This document shows, piece by piece, positions 1 through 9,461 of a stretch of DNA of 64,000 bases (position 1 is the first letter of the stretch; every line of letters begins with the position of its first letter). The position numbers and the translations under genes were made by a program. The stretch covers positions 22,416-86,415 of the forward strand of contig DYLW01000006.1 of assembly GCA_020721865.1 (NCBI GenBank), read 5' to 3'. The notes below the pieces were generated by a model. That model searched no databases and was not told where the DNA came from. It was given only the letters and a program-made list of their open reading frames with translations. This stretch comes from Leptospira biflexa. GTDB lineage: Bacteria > Spirochaetota > Leptospiria > Turneriellales > DYLW01.

Positions 1-648
1 GTGGAACTCAGGAAAGCGGATTTCCCGGCATTTTTGGAGCATGTGGTCAGCATATTTTATCCGATGGGGGGATTTTTGTTGGGTGGGAGTTTTTAAAAAC
101 CGGATAAATTCCAGTTTCTGGTTTTGGGTCATATCTGTCCAATGGATCATGATTTCCGTGGCGGTGTTTTTATTGACCATGGGATCTGCCATAAGCTTTA
201 GGAAGTCTCCCGCTATTGCGGAATCCTGCATTTTTTCCGGAGAATGTTTCTGATGAAGATATACCATTTCAATATATTTGGGGGCGATGGATTTTTCCGT
301 GAAGAGCCGTGAGTATTCTTCCGGTAATGCCAGTATATTTTTGATTTCTTTGAACCGCCCCATGGAATAGGAGCGGGCGGTCAGAATATCCCCAAAGATA
401 TCATCGTCGGTTTTTCGGAAAAAGGAAATAAATCCAAATTCATTCTTCAGGCTGGAAAATCCATAGTACCGGAACATGCTTTTCCAGAAATCCACGGAGT
501 TTTCCCGGATGATTTTTTCACGGGGAGTATAATCGGATGGGAAAAGGGGGATTTCCACGGAGTTTCCACGCCGGGGAAGCCGGAGGTAAAACCCCGGGGC
601 ATCCAGCAGTGTGACAGAATCAAACCGGTATTTATGGTTTTTTGCCAT
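1..648 (-). CDS. hypothetical protein (C-terminal part lies outside the window)
   Basis: Hand translation of the minus strand from ATG 648-646 (MAKNHKYRFDSVTLLDAPGFYLRLPRRGNSVEIPLF...) stays open through base 1 (216 codons). It is absent from the ORF track only because no stop lies in the window. Its ATG overlaps the end of upstream gene 632-1669 by 17 nt. No family recognised. Confidence 0.5.
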   Translation of the reverse strand, partial: MAKNHKYRFDSVTLLDAPGFYLRLPRRGNSVEIPLFPSDYTPREKIIRENSVDFWKSMFRYYGFSSLKNEFGFISFFRKTDDDIFGDILTARSYSMGRFKEIKNILALPEEYSRLFTEKSIAPKYIEMVYLHQKHSPEKMQDSAIAGDFLKLMADPMVNKNTATEIMIHWTDMTQNQKLEFIRFLKTPTQQKSPHRIKYADHMLQKCREIRFPEFH

Positions 649-1669
649 GAATTTCTATTTCATAGGCTGGATATCCCTGCTGGTCCAGGGTCACCTTTTT
701 TCCTGGGATACCGGAATCCACAGTTTTATCAAGCAGGTACATCGGTGGCCAGGGGATGATCTGGCCGGCTTTCTGCATGACTGCCCGGATATGGATTTTT
801 CCGGGGTCTTTTTTTGCTCGCAGATACAGCCGGAGCGTTTCCATATTTTTGAGCGGTCCCTGTATTTCCACCATAGGGTATTTGGCATAAAAGGTTTTTA
901 TGTCTGCATGGTGGATTTTCCGGCCAGTGAGATATACCCGCAGGTTGTTTTTGGGCAGGGTCTGGACGAAGTCATAAAAATTAGCGGAATTCAGATCCGG
1001 GAAGGAAAGGGTCAATACCGTGCTGGCTGTAAATTCACCATTATTGCGTAAAATGGCACCCGGCTCTTCCAGATCCTCACGGTTTAAACTTAAGGAGAGA
1101 AAAAAAGGCAAAGGAGCATCCGGAAATATTTCCACATATTGCATGGAATCAAACCGGAAGGCCCGTCCCTTTATGGACAGGTACTCATCGCCGGGCTTTT
1201 TGGAATTTTTTAAAAGTTCAATGCCGGAAAGATCATCCATGCTCAGAGGAATGGTTTGCTCAAAATGATCCCAGTCCACGATATGGATATAGGGTTTGTC
1301 TCCCTTTTTGAAAAATAAAAAAATATGGGAATAACCAATGGCCGGATTCACCATCACCATTTTCAGAAATTCTATATCTTTTATGGGAAAACTTTTTGTC
1401 CCCAGATAAGAAAATTCTCTTTTCCCTTTTTTATGAAACAACGAAAGATAATAATTTTCTTTTCCGGCGGAAAAAACAATATTTTCAAGAGTTTTATCTT
1501 CTGTAACATTATATTTTTTGTTGGACAGAATCCGGACGCCTGAGACGCCGATGGCTTTTTCCAGAATGCTCTCATCCGGATGGAACAGCTCACGGCCACA
1601 GGAAAAGAATAGAAGAAAAATGGAGAAAAACGCGATATGGGTAAGATACGGCCTCAGGGAATATTTCAT
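632..1669 (-). CDS. hypothetical lipoprotein
   Basis: 345-aa ORF. The N-terminus MKYSLRPYLTHIAFFSIFLLFFSCG is a signal peptide with a lipobox-like FFSC. No catalytic motif recognised. Confidence 0.7.
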   Translation of the reverse strand: MKYSLRPYLTHIAFFSIFLLFFSCGRELFHPDESILEKAIGVSGVRILSNKKYNVTEDKTLENIVFSAGKENYYLSLFHKKGKREFSYLGTKSFPIKDIEFLKMVMVNPAIGYSHIFLFFKKGDKPYIHIVDWDHFEQTIPLSMDDLSGIELLKNSKKPGDEYLSIKGRAFRFDSMQYVEIFPDAPLPFFLSLSLNREDLEEPGAILRNNGEFTASTVLTLSFPDLNSANFYDFVQTLPKNNLRVYLTGRKIHHADIKTFYAKYPMVEIQGPLKNMETLRLYLRAKKDPGKIHIRAVMQKAGQIIPWPPMYLLDKTVDSGIPGKKVTLDQQGYPAYEIEIHGKKP

Positions 1670-1720
1670 TCATCAAAAAAATATTCCCTGATCCTGTGTA
1701 AAATAATTTATCGCAGAAAA

Positions 1721-3100
1721 TTATCGGGAAAGCTTTTCTGTTTCTTCCAGAATTTTTCTCTCATTATATTTCAAAAAGTAAATTCCGGCAAACAGACACA
1801 GTCCAAAGCCAATAAGACCGGATATCCGGACACCCAGATCGTTCCCGGGGTCTTTCCCCAGAGAGGTGAGGGCGGCAAATACAAGCACCCCAAACGTCTG
1901 GCCAAATTTTTGCATCAGCGTCCGGGCTGCAAAAAACATGCCTTCCTGGTGAACGCCGGTCGTCAATGCGTCGTGCTCCGCAATATCTGCCAGAACTGCA
2001 TTGGGAAGGATTCCCAGAAAAGAAATGGGGATGGCATAAAAAATAATCACCAGAAACGCCTGCAGGGTGTTATCCAAAGGAAGTTTACCCAGAAAAAAAA
2101 CAAAAAAGAAGATGATGCTCATAAAAAGAAAGGAGGACGTGATCAGAATTTTTTTACCAAATTTTTTCGCCAGAATATTCACCAGAGGGTAAAACAAAAA
2201 ACTGACCACCACCATCAGAGGCAGCAATTGCCCCATCAGGGTTTCTTCCAGACCCAGAAGAACCGTTATGTAATACAGCAGGCCGGTCATGATAATGGTA
2301 ATACCCATAAAATAGCTGAAATCCGCGACCACGTAGTATATAAATTCTTTATTTTTGAATGTCTTTTTCATGGCCTCCATCATGTTGAGCTCGGATGGGA
2401 CAGACTGGCTGTATTCTTTTTCGTTTATGGTTAATGGTGGAACCATCATTAAAAGCATGGCAAACAGAGAGATAATCCCTATGGCCGCCTGCAAGGCATG
2501 AACAGAATCAGTGATACCAAAGGAATTCTGCAAAATGCCAGATAAGAGCGGAACCTGGGCTGCCACCATAATACCCAAGGCGTATGTTATGGAAATCCAG
2601 GTGGATAAATTCAACCGCTCATTGGCGGTATGTCCCAGCTCCGGGAGCAATGCGAAATACGGAGTGACATAAATGGTAAGAAAAAGATAAAAAAATGTCT
2701 GCATGGAAAATAGCCAGACAATATTCCAGCCGCTATCGGATTGTACCACAGGAACAAACATCAGGAAAACAAACAATGCCGATGGAAATGCCCCAAAAAG
2801 AAGGAATGGCATACGCTTGCCGCGTTTCCCCTGCCAGCGGTCGCTCAGATTCGCGATGACGGGATCTGTGACGGCATCCCAGAGACGCCCGGCTGCGGCA
2901 ATCAAGGTGATGGCATTCAATACGGCCAGGAAAACCACCTGGGTGATAAAAACCGGAATCTTTGCATTTTCCGGTGGCCGGTAAAAGTACACAAGCTGGA
3001 GATTCACAATATTGATTAATGTGGACCACCCCAACTGACCAATTGCGTATGTAAATTGTTTGTTTCCGGGAAGACTCCGGACGGTTGTAGCTATGTTCAT
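1721..3100 (-). CDS. MFS transporter, glycoside-pentoside-hexuronide (GPH/MelB-like) type
   Basis: 459 aa and highly hydrophobic throughout. The loop [30 protein letters not shown] matches the GPH signature D-x-x-D-P-x-x-G-x-x-S-D-R...R-x-P-F. Confidence 0.8.
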   Translation of the reverse strand: MNIATTVRSLPGNKQFTYAIGQLGWSTLINIVNLQLVYFYRPPENAKIPVFITQVVFLAVLNAITLIAAAGRLWDAVTDPVIANLSDRWQGKRGKRMPFLLFGAFPSALFVFLMFVPVVQSDSGWNIVWLFSMQTFFYLFLTIYVTPYFALLPELGHTANERLNLSTWISITYALGIMVAAQVPLLSGILQNSFGITDSVHALQAAIGIISLFAMLLMMVPPLTINEKEYSQSVPSELNMMEAMKKTFKNKEFIYYVVADFSYFMGITIIMTGLLYYITVLLGLEETLMGQLLPLMVVVSFLFYPLVNILAKKFGKKILITSSFLFMSIIFFFVFFLGKLPLDNTLQAFLVIIFYAIPISFLGILPNAVLADIAEHDALTTGVHQEGMFFAARTLMQKFGQTFGVLVFAALTSLGKDPGNDLGVRISGLIGFGLCLFAGIYFLKYNERKILEETEKLSR

Positions 3101-3266
3101 AAGATATGAATAAAGTTTTCTCTTTTTCCTGTAAAGAATTTATTTAACCCTTTTCCGTGACCTCGGATGCGTTCATACCGGTCATCCCGGTTGGATGCCC
3201 CGGAGCCCGTTTCTGCCCCGGATTCCAAAGTGCTTGCCCGCTCATCCTTTGTTTTCAGTTTAACCG

Positions 3267-3509
3267 ATGCTGAAGTTTCTGGTGCTTCTTATGGCTGGTT
3301 TTTTTCTTTACCGACTGGTCAAAAGCATTTTCACGCCGGAGCCCTCGGAAAGTGATAGGGAGCGGCAGTATGAACAGAGAAGAAATCCGTTTTTTCGCTC
3401 GGCGGACCAGAGAAAAGAAAAAGATATCTCCAATTCCGTCCGGATAATAGAAGAAAGATTGAGCGATGAAAAAGAACCCGGATTCGGGAAAACAAGAGGA
3501 AAAAAATGA
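3267..3509 (+). CDS. small membrane-anchored hypothetical protein
   Basis: 80-aa ORF with one N-terminal hydrophobic helix (MLKFLVLLMAGFFLYRLV) and a charged tail. Its TGA overlaps the mrp ATG (ATGA at 3506-3509), suggesting coupling. No SD seen and no family recognised. Confidence 0.4.
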   Translation: MLKFLVLLMAGFFLYRLVKSIFTPEPSESDRERQYEQRRNPFFRSADQRKEKDISNSVRIIEERLSDEKEPGFGKTRGKK

Positions 3510-4567
3510 TTGATCGTAGAGAACAGGTAAGAGTGCTTCTGAAAAAGGTACACAACCCAAAAACAAATAATGATATAGTATCGGATGCTCTGGTGCTGGA
3601 CGTGACCGTGGATGATGCGGACAAAGTCACCATTCTGCTGGGATTCAAGGGAACCCGGGAAGAGCAGACGCAGATAACGGAAACCATCGCCAATATCCTG
3701 TCCAAAATAGCTATTCCCCAAGAAAAAATAGATGTCCGTTTTACAGAAGCCGGTGAGCATAAAAAGGACGCTCAAAAGCTGCCAGAGCCAGAGCGTTTGC
3801 CGGGAGTGAAATATATTATCGCAGTTGGATCCGGAAAAGGTGGGGTGGGGAAATCCACCGTCTCCGTGAATCTGGCTTATGCCTTATCCGGGGCCGGTTT
3901 CAAAATAGGCATTCTGGACGCCGATGTGCATGGTCCCTCCATCGGCAAAATGGTGGGGCAGGCGGGGAAGGCTCCGCTGTCCGTGTATGAAAATAAAATT
4001 CTCCCTTTAGAAGTTAATGGGGTCAAGGTGATGAGCTTTGCTTTTTTAATTGAAGAGGGTACTCCCATTGTATGGCGGGGGTCTTTGCTGCATAAAGCGG
4101 TGCACCAGCTTTTGTTTGATATGATCTGGGGGGATCTGGATTTTCTGATTGTGGATTTACCTCCCGGAACTGGGGATGTCCAGCTTTCCCTGGCACAGGC
4201 GGTCAAAGTGGATGGAGCGGTGGTAGTGACCACTCCCCAGAATGTGGCATTCCAGGATGCCTCAAGGGCCGCATTGATGTTTGACCAGGTAAAAATTCCC
4301 GTCCTGGGGGTGGTGGAAAACATGAGTGGATTCATCTGTCCCCATTGCGGGACTCTGACTCCCATCTTTTCCGAGGGAGGCGGGGAGCAATTGGCCAGCT
4401 TCACCCGGTCTTCGCTTCTGGGCAAAATTCCGCTCCATCCGGATATTATGCAGTCGGGAGAAAACGGGGTGCCTGTCACCCAAACCAAAGATGCAAAATA
4501 TGAGCCCATCCGTGCGGCATACGCGGATATTGTTAAGGCTATTCGGGAAAAACTGGAAATAAAATGA
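3506..4567 (+). CDS. mrp: Mrp/NBP35/ApbC-family Fe-S cluster carrier ATPase
   Basis: 353 aa. It has the deviant Walker A GSGKGGVGKST, the CPHCG motif near the C-terminus, and a DUF59-like N-terminal region. Confidence 0.9.
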   Translation: MIDRREQVRVLLKKVHNPKTNNDIVSDALVLDVTVDDADKVTILLGFKGTREEQTQITETIANILSKIAIPQEKIDVRFTEAGEHKKDAQKLPEPERLPGVKYIIAVGSGKGGVGKSTVSVNLAYALSGAGFKIGILDADVHGPSIGKMVGQAGKAPLSVYENKILPLEVNGVKVMSFAFLIEEGTPIVWRGSLLHKAVHQLLFDMIWGDLDFLIVDLPPGTGDVQLSLAQAVKVDGAVVVTTPQNVAFQDASRAALMFDQVKIPVLGVVENMSGFICPHCGTLTPIFSEGGGEQLASFTRSSLLGKIPLHPDIMQSGENGVPVTQTKDAKYEPIRAAYADIVKAIREKLEIK

Positions 4568-5082
4568 TTCTGTCTGGCCTGGAAATCAAAGCACGGATGG
4601 GGAAGGACATCATCATTGACCCTTTTAAAGAAGACCGGGTCAATCCCAATTCCTATAACCTCACTCTGCACGATGAGCTGATGACGTATACCCATACGGA
4701 ATTAGACATGGCCAGTAAAAATGAAACCGTGAAAATCCATATTCCGCCGGAGGGATATCTCCTCCAGCCCAATAAGCTGTATCTGGGGCGGACAGTGGAG
4801 TACACGGAGACGCAACGGTTGGTTCCCATGTTAGAGGGGCGCAGTTCCATTGGCCGATTAGGAATGTTTGTGCATATTACCGCCGGGTTTGGGGACATTG
4901 GTTTCAAGGGGTATTGGACGCTGGAAATTTTTGCAGTCCAGCCCATCCGAATTTATGCTGGGGTGGAAATCTGCCAGATTTTTTACCATACGGTGGAGGG
5001 TGCTTATACTAATTATGAAAACGGTAAGTACCAGCACAACCGGGGTATTCAGGCCAGCATGCTGTACAAAGAGTTTTTATAA
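4564..5082 (+). CDS. dcd: dCTP deaminase
   Basis: 172 aa. MILSGLEIKARMGKDIIIDPF...NPNSYNLTL...LEGRSSIGRLG is the typical Dcd/dUTPase-fold signature. There is a 4-nt overlap with mrp. Confidence 0.9.
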   Translation: MILSGLEIKARMGKDIIIDPFKEDRVNPNSYNLTLHDELMTYTHTELDMASKNETVKIHIPPEGYLLQPNKLYLGRTVEYTETQRLVPMLEGRSSIGRLGMFVHITAGFGDIGFKGYWTLEIFAVQPIRIYAGVEICQIFYHTVEGAYTNYENGKYQHNRGIQASMLYKEFL

Positions 5083-5085
5083 AAG

Positions 5086-5158
5086 GCTCCTATAGCTCAG
5101 AAGGATAGAGCGGTGCCCTCCTAAGGCACGTGGCCAGGTTCGAGTCCTGGTAGGGGCG
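5086..5158 (+). tRNA. tRNA-Arg (anticodon CCT), CCA not encoded
   Basis: Hand-folded cloverleaf: acceptor GCTCCTA/TAGGGGC (one G-U), D arm GCTC-AGAAGGATA-GAGC, anticodon arm GTGCC-CTCCTAA-GGCAC, T arm CCAGG-TTCGAGT-CCTGG, discriminator G. It starts 3 nt after the dcd stop. Confidence 0.9.
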
Positions 5159-5245
5159 AAAAAGATTGACCGTTTGTTTGAGATTTACAAACTTGCCAAC
5201 CTTCTGGACAGGGTGAACCTGTTCTTGATAACCGGAGGAGGTTAC

Positions 5246-5533
5246 ATGGAGAATGAAAAAAGAAATTACGAGATGGTTGTAATTTTATCAGAAAAAGATA
5301 ATCTGGAGGCTGCCAAAAAAAGCCTGGAGGATATCTTTGAGAAAAGAGGAATTGAAGTCACGGGAAAAGAGGATCTGGGTAGCCGGAAGCTTTTCCATCT
5401 TGCCAGCAAGCAAAATAAGGGATTTTATCAGTATTTAACTTTTACTGCACCTGGAGCCATTATCGATCAGTTAAACAAAGATATCCGGGTGACAACGGAA
5501 ATCTTGAAATGCTACATCACAAGGCTTGCTTAA
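5246..5533 (+). CDS. rpsF: 30S ribosomal protein S6
   Basis: MENEKRNYEMVVILSEKDN... The ATG at 5246 is preceded by GGAGGAGG (5234-5241). The track ORF from 5174 is an upstream extension without an SD. Sits in the conserved rpsF-ssb-rpsR order. Confidence 0.9.
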   Translation: MENEKRNYEMVVILSEKDNLEAAKKSLEDIFEKRGIEVTGKEDLGSRKLFHLASKQNKGFYQYLTFTAPGAIIDQLNKDIRVTTEILKCYITRLA

Positions 5534-5534
5534 C

Positions 5535-5987
5535 ATGGCAAACGATCTGAATGTGGTCACACTCATTGGGCGGCTCACCCGGGATCCGGAGTTGAAAACC
5601 ACGCCCAATGGAAAAGTCCTGGCAAAGTTCACCCTTGCGTCCAACCGGACGTATAAAGTGGGGGAAGAAACCAAAGAAGAAGTGGGGTTCTTTGACTGCG
5701 TATCCTGGGGAAAGCAGGCCGAAGTGATGGCACGTTATTTAACCAAGGGCAAACGGATTGCCGTGCAGGGATCTCTGCGTTTTTCCAAATGGGAAGTGGA
5801 AGGGAAGAAGGGTTCCAAGGTGGAAATCAACGTGGAAAACTTCCAGTTTCTGGATGGAAAACAAGATGGGAAAGACGCGTCCGGGGGAGGCAGCATGGCT
5901 CCTTCCGAAATTGTGGACGATAGCTATTCTGCACAGAGTGGGCATGAAGACACATCGGCCAATTTGGATGAAGATATACCTTTTTAA
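5535..5987 (+). CDS. ssb: single-stranded DNA-binding protein
   Basis: The OB-fold N-terminus MANDLNVVTLIGRLTRDPELKTTPNG and the acidic C-terminal tip DEDIPF are hallmarks of bacterial SSB. Confidence 0.95.
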   Translation: MANDLNVVTLIGRLTRDPELKTTPNGKVLAKFTLASNRTYKVGEETKEEVGFFDCVSWGKQAEVMARYLTKGKRIAVQGSLRFSKWEVEGKKGSKVEINVENFQFLDGKQDGKDASGGGSMAPSEIVDDSYSAQSGHEDTSANLDEDIPF

Positions 5988-6002
5988 TAGAATGGAGTGA
6001 CA

Positions 6003-6281
6003 ATGGAATCAAAAAGCAACACATCGGGAGCACCCCGTGACAATAAAACAGGGGAAGATAAAAGAGGGAAGAAATTCCGCAAAAGAACCTGTAAATTCTG
6101 TGAAAACAAAGAATTGGTCATTGATTATAAACGTATAGATATTCTGGTACGCTTTGTGTCAAATAAAGGAAAGATTCTGCCTCGCAGACTTTCCGGCAAC
6201 TGTGCAAAACACCAGAGACTGGTGGCGAAGGAAATTAAAAAAGCAAGAACAGCCGGGCTCATGCCGTTTACGGTAAAATGA
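6003..6281 (+). CDS. rpsR: 30S ribosomal protein S18
   Basis: RKRTCKFCENKELVIDYKRIDILVRFVSNKGKILPRRLSGNCAKHQRLVAKEIKKAR is the S18 signature. GGAG at 5994-5997 lies 5 nt before ATG 6003 (the track uses GTG 5997). Confidence 0.95.
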   Translation: MESKSNTSGAPRDNKTGEDKRGKKFRKRTCKFCENKELVIDYKRIDILVRFVSNKGKILPRRLSGNCAKHQRLVAKEIKKARTAGLMPFTVK

Positions 6282-7351
6282 TATGGGAATTGTTAATCAG
6301 TTTCCCGGTTAATATTCTCTGGGGAATTTTACTTTTTCAGGCATGGGAGCGTCCCTATGGCAAGATAGGGGTGTACGTTGTTACCGGGATTTTGCTGGTT
6401 GTGGGTTTCTTCGTCCCGGATCGGATTGCCCTGTTTTTCTGGGATCCCAGCGGTATCATCACCATCGTTTTTGGTGGGTTTCTGCATTTGCTTCTTGTGA
6501 AACCCAATGAATCGCTGAAAAAAGTTCTGCTGATTGATCTTCCATCCCGGAAAGCTGTTAAAGATATTCTGATGAAAACACCAGATGTGGAAGAGAGGCA
6601 GAAAGCCTATGTAAAAATCATTCGGGAGTATTCCGCTTTCTGGAAAGAGAAATCGAACGTATTAACGGAAATCAATACAAAGTATAATCTGGCGATATTC
6701 TTATCCATTGGCGGTCTGCTATTTTTATTCTGGCTCATTTCCTATTTTTTCAATCCGGAAATTATCGGAATGCTGAAAAGCCAGTTTGAGATGCTGAACA
6801 AGAATATTGCCCGCATTGCGGAATCTGCAAAAGATCATCCCATTGATATTCCCCGGCTTTTTGGCATTTATATAAGCCTTGCCCCCACTGTTATTTTCAT
6901 GGAATCCACCATTGTTTTTCTTTTCTTCCTCTATGTGCTGAGGAAAATATTTGCGGGTTCTGGGAATTCCATGGTTATATTGGGTTATCTGAGTCTTTTT
7001 AAAATGAATGAAAATGTGGTTTGGGGTTTCATCGCAGCGGGGGCCGTGACCTGGGGTTCTTTTTATTATCCCCTGCCGGAGATTATGCGGTTTGTGGGGA
7101 TCAATACCACCGCCATTCTCGCGTTTCTGTTTATGCTGCAAGGGGTGGGTACTCTGCATTTGTTTCTAACCGTCCGGCTTCTTCCTGCGAGCTGGATTAT
7201 ATTTACGGTGTTTGCCTTGGGAATTTTCATTCCGCAGGCCATTTTACTGTTTATTTTTCTTCTGACCGCTGCGGGGTTAGGGGATTTCTGGTTTGATTTC
7301 CGGAATAAAGCTTTACAGCCCAGAGCCATATACGATAACGACGATTATTGA
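6278..7351 (+). CDS. polytopic membrane protein, DUF2232/YybS-like (family call tentative)
   Basis: 357 aa with many hydrophobic segments. The C-terminal GLGDFWFDFRNK resembles the DUF2232 ending, and its position between rpsR and rplI matches Bacillus yybS. ATGA overlap with rpsR. Confidence 0.6.
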   Translation: MIWELLISFPVNILWGILLFQAWERPYGKIGVYVVTGILLVVGFFVPDRIALFFWDPSGIITIVFGGFLHLLLVKPNESLKKVLLIDLPSRKAVKDILMKTPDVEERQKAYVKIIREYSAFWKEKSNVLTEINTKYNLAIFLSIGGLLFLFWLISYFFNPEIIGMLKSQFEMLNKNIARIAESAKDHPIDIPRLFGIYISLAPTVIFMESTIVFLFFLYVLRKIFAGSGNSMVILGYLSLFKMNENVVWGFIAAGAVTWGSFYYPLPEIMRFVGINTTAILAFLFMLQGVGTLHLFLTVRLLPASWIIFTVFALGIFIPQAILLFIFLLTAAGLGDFWFDFRNKALQPRAIYDNDDY

Positions 7352-7366
7352 GCATAGATTTATGCT
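7351..7366 (+). terminator. weak hairpin just after the DUF2232-like gene (its first base is the last base of the stop codon)
   Basis: AGCATA-GATT-TATGCT (6-bp stem, 4-nt loop) followed by ATTTTAAAAT. It is short, so only a possible attenuator or terminator. Confidence 0.3.
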
Positions 7367-7376
7367 ATTTTAAAAT

Positions 7377-7424
7377 AATAATAGCTATAAGCGAAAAATA
7401 AAATAATAGCCATAAGCGAAAAAT
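7377..7424. repeat. two direct copies of a 23-nt motif (25-nt period) upstream of rplI
   Basis: AATAATAGCTATAAGCGAAAAAT (7377-7399) and AATAATAGCCATAAGCGAAAAAT (7402-7424). There is one mismatch, and the second copy ends 38 nt before the rplI ATG. Confidence 0.8.
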
Positions 7425-7462
7425 GAGAGAAATATTTAAGTAATACTTACAAGGGGAAAAAA

Positions 7463-8026
7463 ATGAGAGTAATATTAAAAACAGATGTTCCAAATCTTGG
7501 GCGGGCTGGGGATACCAAAGAAGTTAAGAATGGATATGCCCGTAATTTTCTGATCCCCCGTAATCTGGTGCTGGTGGCAGACGCCCGCAGTAAAAAGCAG
7601 CAGGAATTTCTGGAAAAAGTAAAAGAAAGTAAAATCCAGAAAAGAAAGAAGACTGCCCGGGAAACCATGGACACACTCAAAGGCAAGGAAATTTTTATTA
7701 AAATGAAGGTGGGGGACAGAGGCAAGCTTTTTGGGAGTGTTACCAATCTTCATATCCAGAAAGAACTGGAAAACCAGGGAATTCATGTAGATAAAAAATA
7801 TATTCTTCTGGGAGAACCGTTAAAAAATCTGGGCAGATACAAGGTGGAAGTCAAGATCTATGATGACATACAATCCACCCTCGTGGTCAATGTTACTGAT
7901 GAGGAAGGCAATCTGCAGGTGCAATCGCCCGTGGAAACCCCGGAGAATGCTGCCCCCGCTCCTGCCCCCGCATCTGCCCATGCATCTGAAAGTGGGGAAA
8001 ATTCCCAGACAGAAAACGCTTTGTAA
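7463..8026 (+). CDS. rplI: 50S ribosomal protein L9 with Pro/Ala-rich C-terminal extension
   Basis: MRVILKTDVPNLGRAGDTKEVKNGYARNFLIPRNLV is the L9 N-domain signature. SD AAGGGG lies upstream. At 187 aa it is about 40 aa longer than typical L9. Confidence 0.95.
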   Translation: MRVILKTDVPNLGRAGDTKEVKNGYARNFLIPRNLVLVADARSKKQQEFLEKVKESKIQKRKKTARETMDTLKGKEIFIKMKVGDRGKLFGSVTNLHIQKELENQGIHVDKKYILLGEPLKNLGRYKVEVKIYDDIQSTLVVNVTDEEGNLQVQSPVETPENAAPAPAPASAHASESGENSQTENAL

Positions 8027-8037
8027 TAACCTGTCCC

Positions 8038-9447
8038 ATGGACGGTCTTTACGATGATTCTGCGGAAAAGTCTGTCCTGGGTGGTATTATCAATGATACA
8101 TCCCTTTTTGTCGAAGTCAGTGGCATTTTAAAAGAAGAAGACTTTTACCGGGAGTCCCATCGGCTCATCTTCCGGGCGTTCGCAGAGGAATTTGAAAGAG
8201 GATCTGTTCCGGATATTCACCTTGTAACAGCTACCCTGAAGAAAAAAGGAGAGCTGGAGAAAGTGGGGGGCGGGGATTATCTTCTGGATGTCGCCTATTC
8301 GGGAAGCATGCTGTCCCTGGAACGTTTTGCCCGGAAAGTAAAAGAATTATCTCTCAGAAGAAAACTTCTGGAAAACCTCAAAGCCATCCAGATAAAAGTT
8401 ATTAATCCGGAAAATTCTTTCAATCCCATAATGGAAGAAGCGGAAAAAATGATATATGAAATTTCCGAAAATGCCGGGGATTCCTCCGGCGTTCTGCATA
8501 TAAAAAATATTGATGCGGAATACAGGGAATATATGGAGAATGTAAAAGAGGCCAATCGGACGGGCAATGTCCCCGGATTGGCCACACATTTTCCCCAACT
8601 GGATAAAATCCTGACGGGTTTGAAAGCCGGCCAGTTGATCATCCTCGCCGCTCGCCCCGGACAGGGAAAAACCACCTATGCTCTGAATATTGCTGCGAAT
8701 GTGTTTCTGAAAAGCAAAAAACCGGTTCTGTTTTTTTCCCTGGAAATGACCCGGATTGAGCTGTTCATCCGCGTGGTGGCGGCAGAGAGCTGGGTTGATT
8801 CCAAAGAATTCCAGCGTGGGGTCATCCGGGATGGGGACGCTCCCAAAATTTCTGCTGCGGTGAATAAAATATTCGCATCTGATTTCTATTTGGATGATTC
8901 TCCCAATTTAACCTCCTGGGACTTCCGCCAGAGAAGTCGCCAGCTTGCCCGGACACTGGAAAAATCCGGGAAATCCCTGGGATTGATCGTAGTGGATTAT
9001 CTCCAGTTGATGCAGCACGGGGACGGCGATGGGTCCCGCTATGAAAGCAGGCAGATGGAAGTGGCCCGGATTTCCCATTCCCTCAAGATCATTGCCAAGG
9101 ATTTAAAAGTACCGGTGCTGGCTCTCTCCCAGATGAACCGTTCCATTGAACAGCGGGGGAAAGACCAGAAACCCCAGCTTTCTGACCTCCGGGAATCCGG
9201 AGCCATTGAGCAGGATGCAGATATTGTTATGTTCATCTACCAGAAGGAAACGGAAGATAGTTCCAAAGAAGGGTCCAAAGATAGTTCCAGGGAAGAAAAT
9301 GGTGTTGCTGCGGATGTTATCATTGCCAAGCACAGGGCAGGACCCACGGGAGTGGTGGAAATGTTTTTCATGAAAAGATATAATTGTTTTCAAGAGATTG
9401 ACAAAACAGAAAGATACGAGGAAAATGCCGCTGTTGAGTATGAGTAG
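8038..9447 (+). CDS. dnaB: replicative DNA helicase DnaB
   Basis: 469 aa. It has Walker A ARPGQGKTT, Walker B LIVVDYLQLM, and LSQMNRSIEQR / SDLRESGAIEQDADIV motifs. It follows rplI as in many bacteria. Confidence 0.95.
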   Translation: MDGLYDDSAEKSVLGGIINDTSLFVEVSGILKEEDFYRESHRLIFRAFAEEFERGSVPDIHLVTATLKKKGELEKVGGGDYLLDVAYSGSMLSLERFARKVKELSLRRKLLENLKAIQIKVINPENSFNPIMEEAEKMIYEISENAGDSSGVLHIKNIDAEYREYMENVKEANRTGNVPGLATHFPQLDKILTGLKAGQLIILAARPGQGKTTYALNIAANVFLKSKKPVLFFSLEMTRIELFIRVVAAESWVDSKEFQRGVIRDGDAPKISAAVNKIFASDFYLDDSPNLTSWDFRQRSRQLARTLEKSGKSLGLIVVDYLQLMQHGDGDGSRYESRQMEVARISHSLKIIAKDLKVPVLALSQMNRSIEQRGKDQKPQLSDLRESGAIEQDADIVMFIYQKETEDSSKEGSKDSSREENGVAADVIIAKHRAGPTGVVEMFFMKRYNCFQEIDKTERYEENAAVEYE

Positions 9448-9461
9448 CAAAGGAGGGTGCT

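Noticed and set aside
3141-3266. Relatively GC-rich, CCGG-rich untranslated stretch upstream of the small ORF and mrp. I checked it as a possible riboswitch or sRNA.
   Set aside because: I could not fold a convincing conserved structure or match any riboswitch core by eye. The 62-aa ORF there (3167-3355) looks non-coding. Left unexplained, not reported as a feature.
5174-5245. Upstream extension of rpsF in the track (start at 5174), and similar extended starts for ssb (5526), the lipoprotein at 33610, the SBP genes (57933, 61700) and DUF2147 (33515).
   Set aside because: Internal ATG codons with good SD sequences and/or proper signal peptides give N-termini matching the families. The extensions lack an SD or overlap neighbouring genes.
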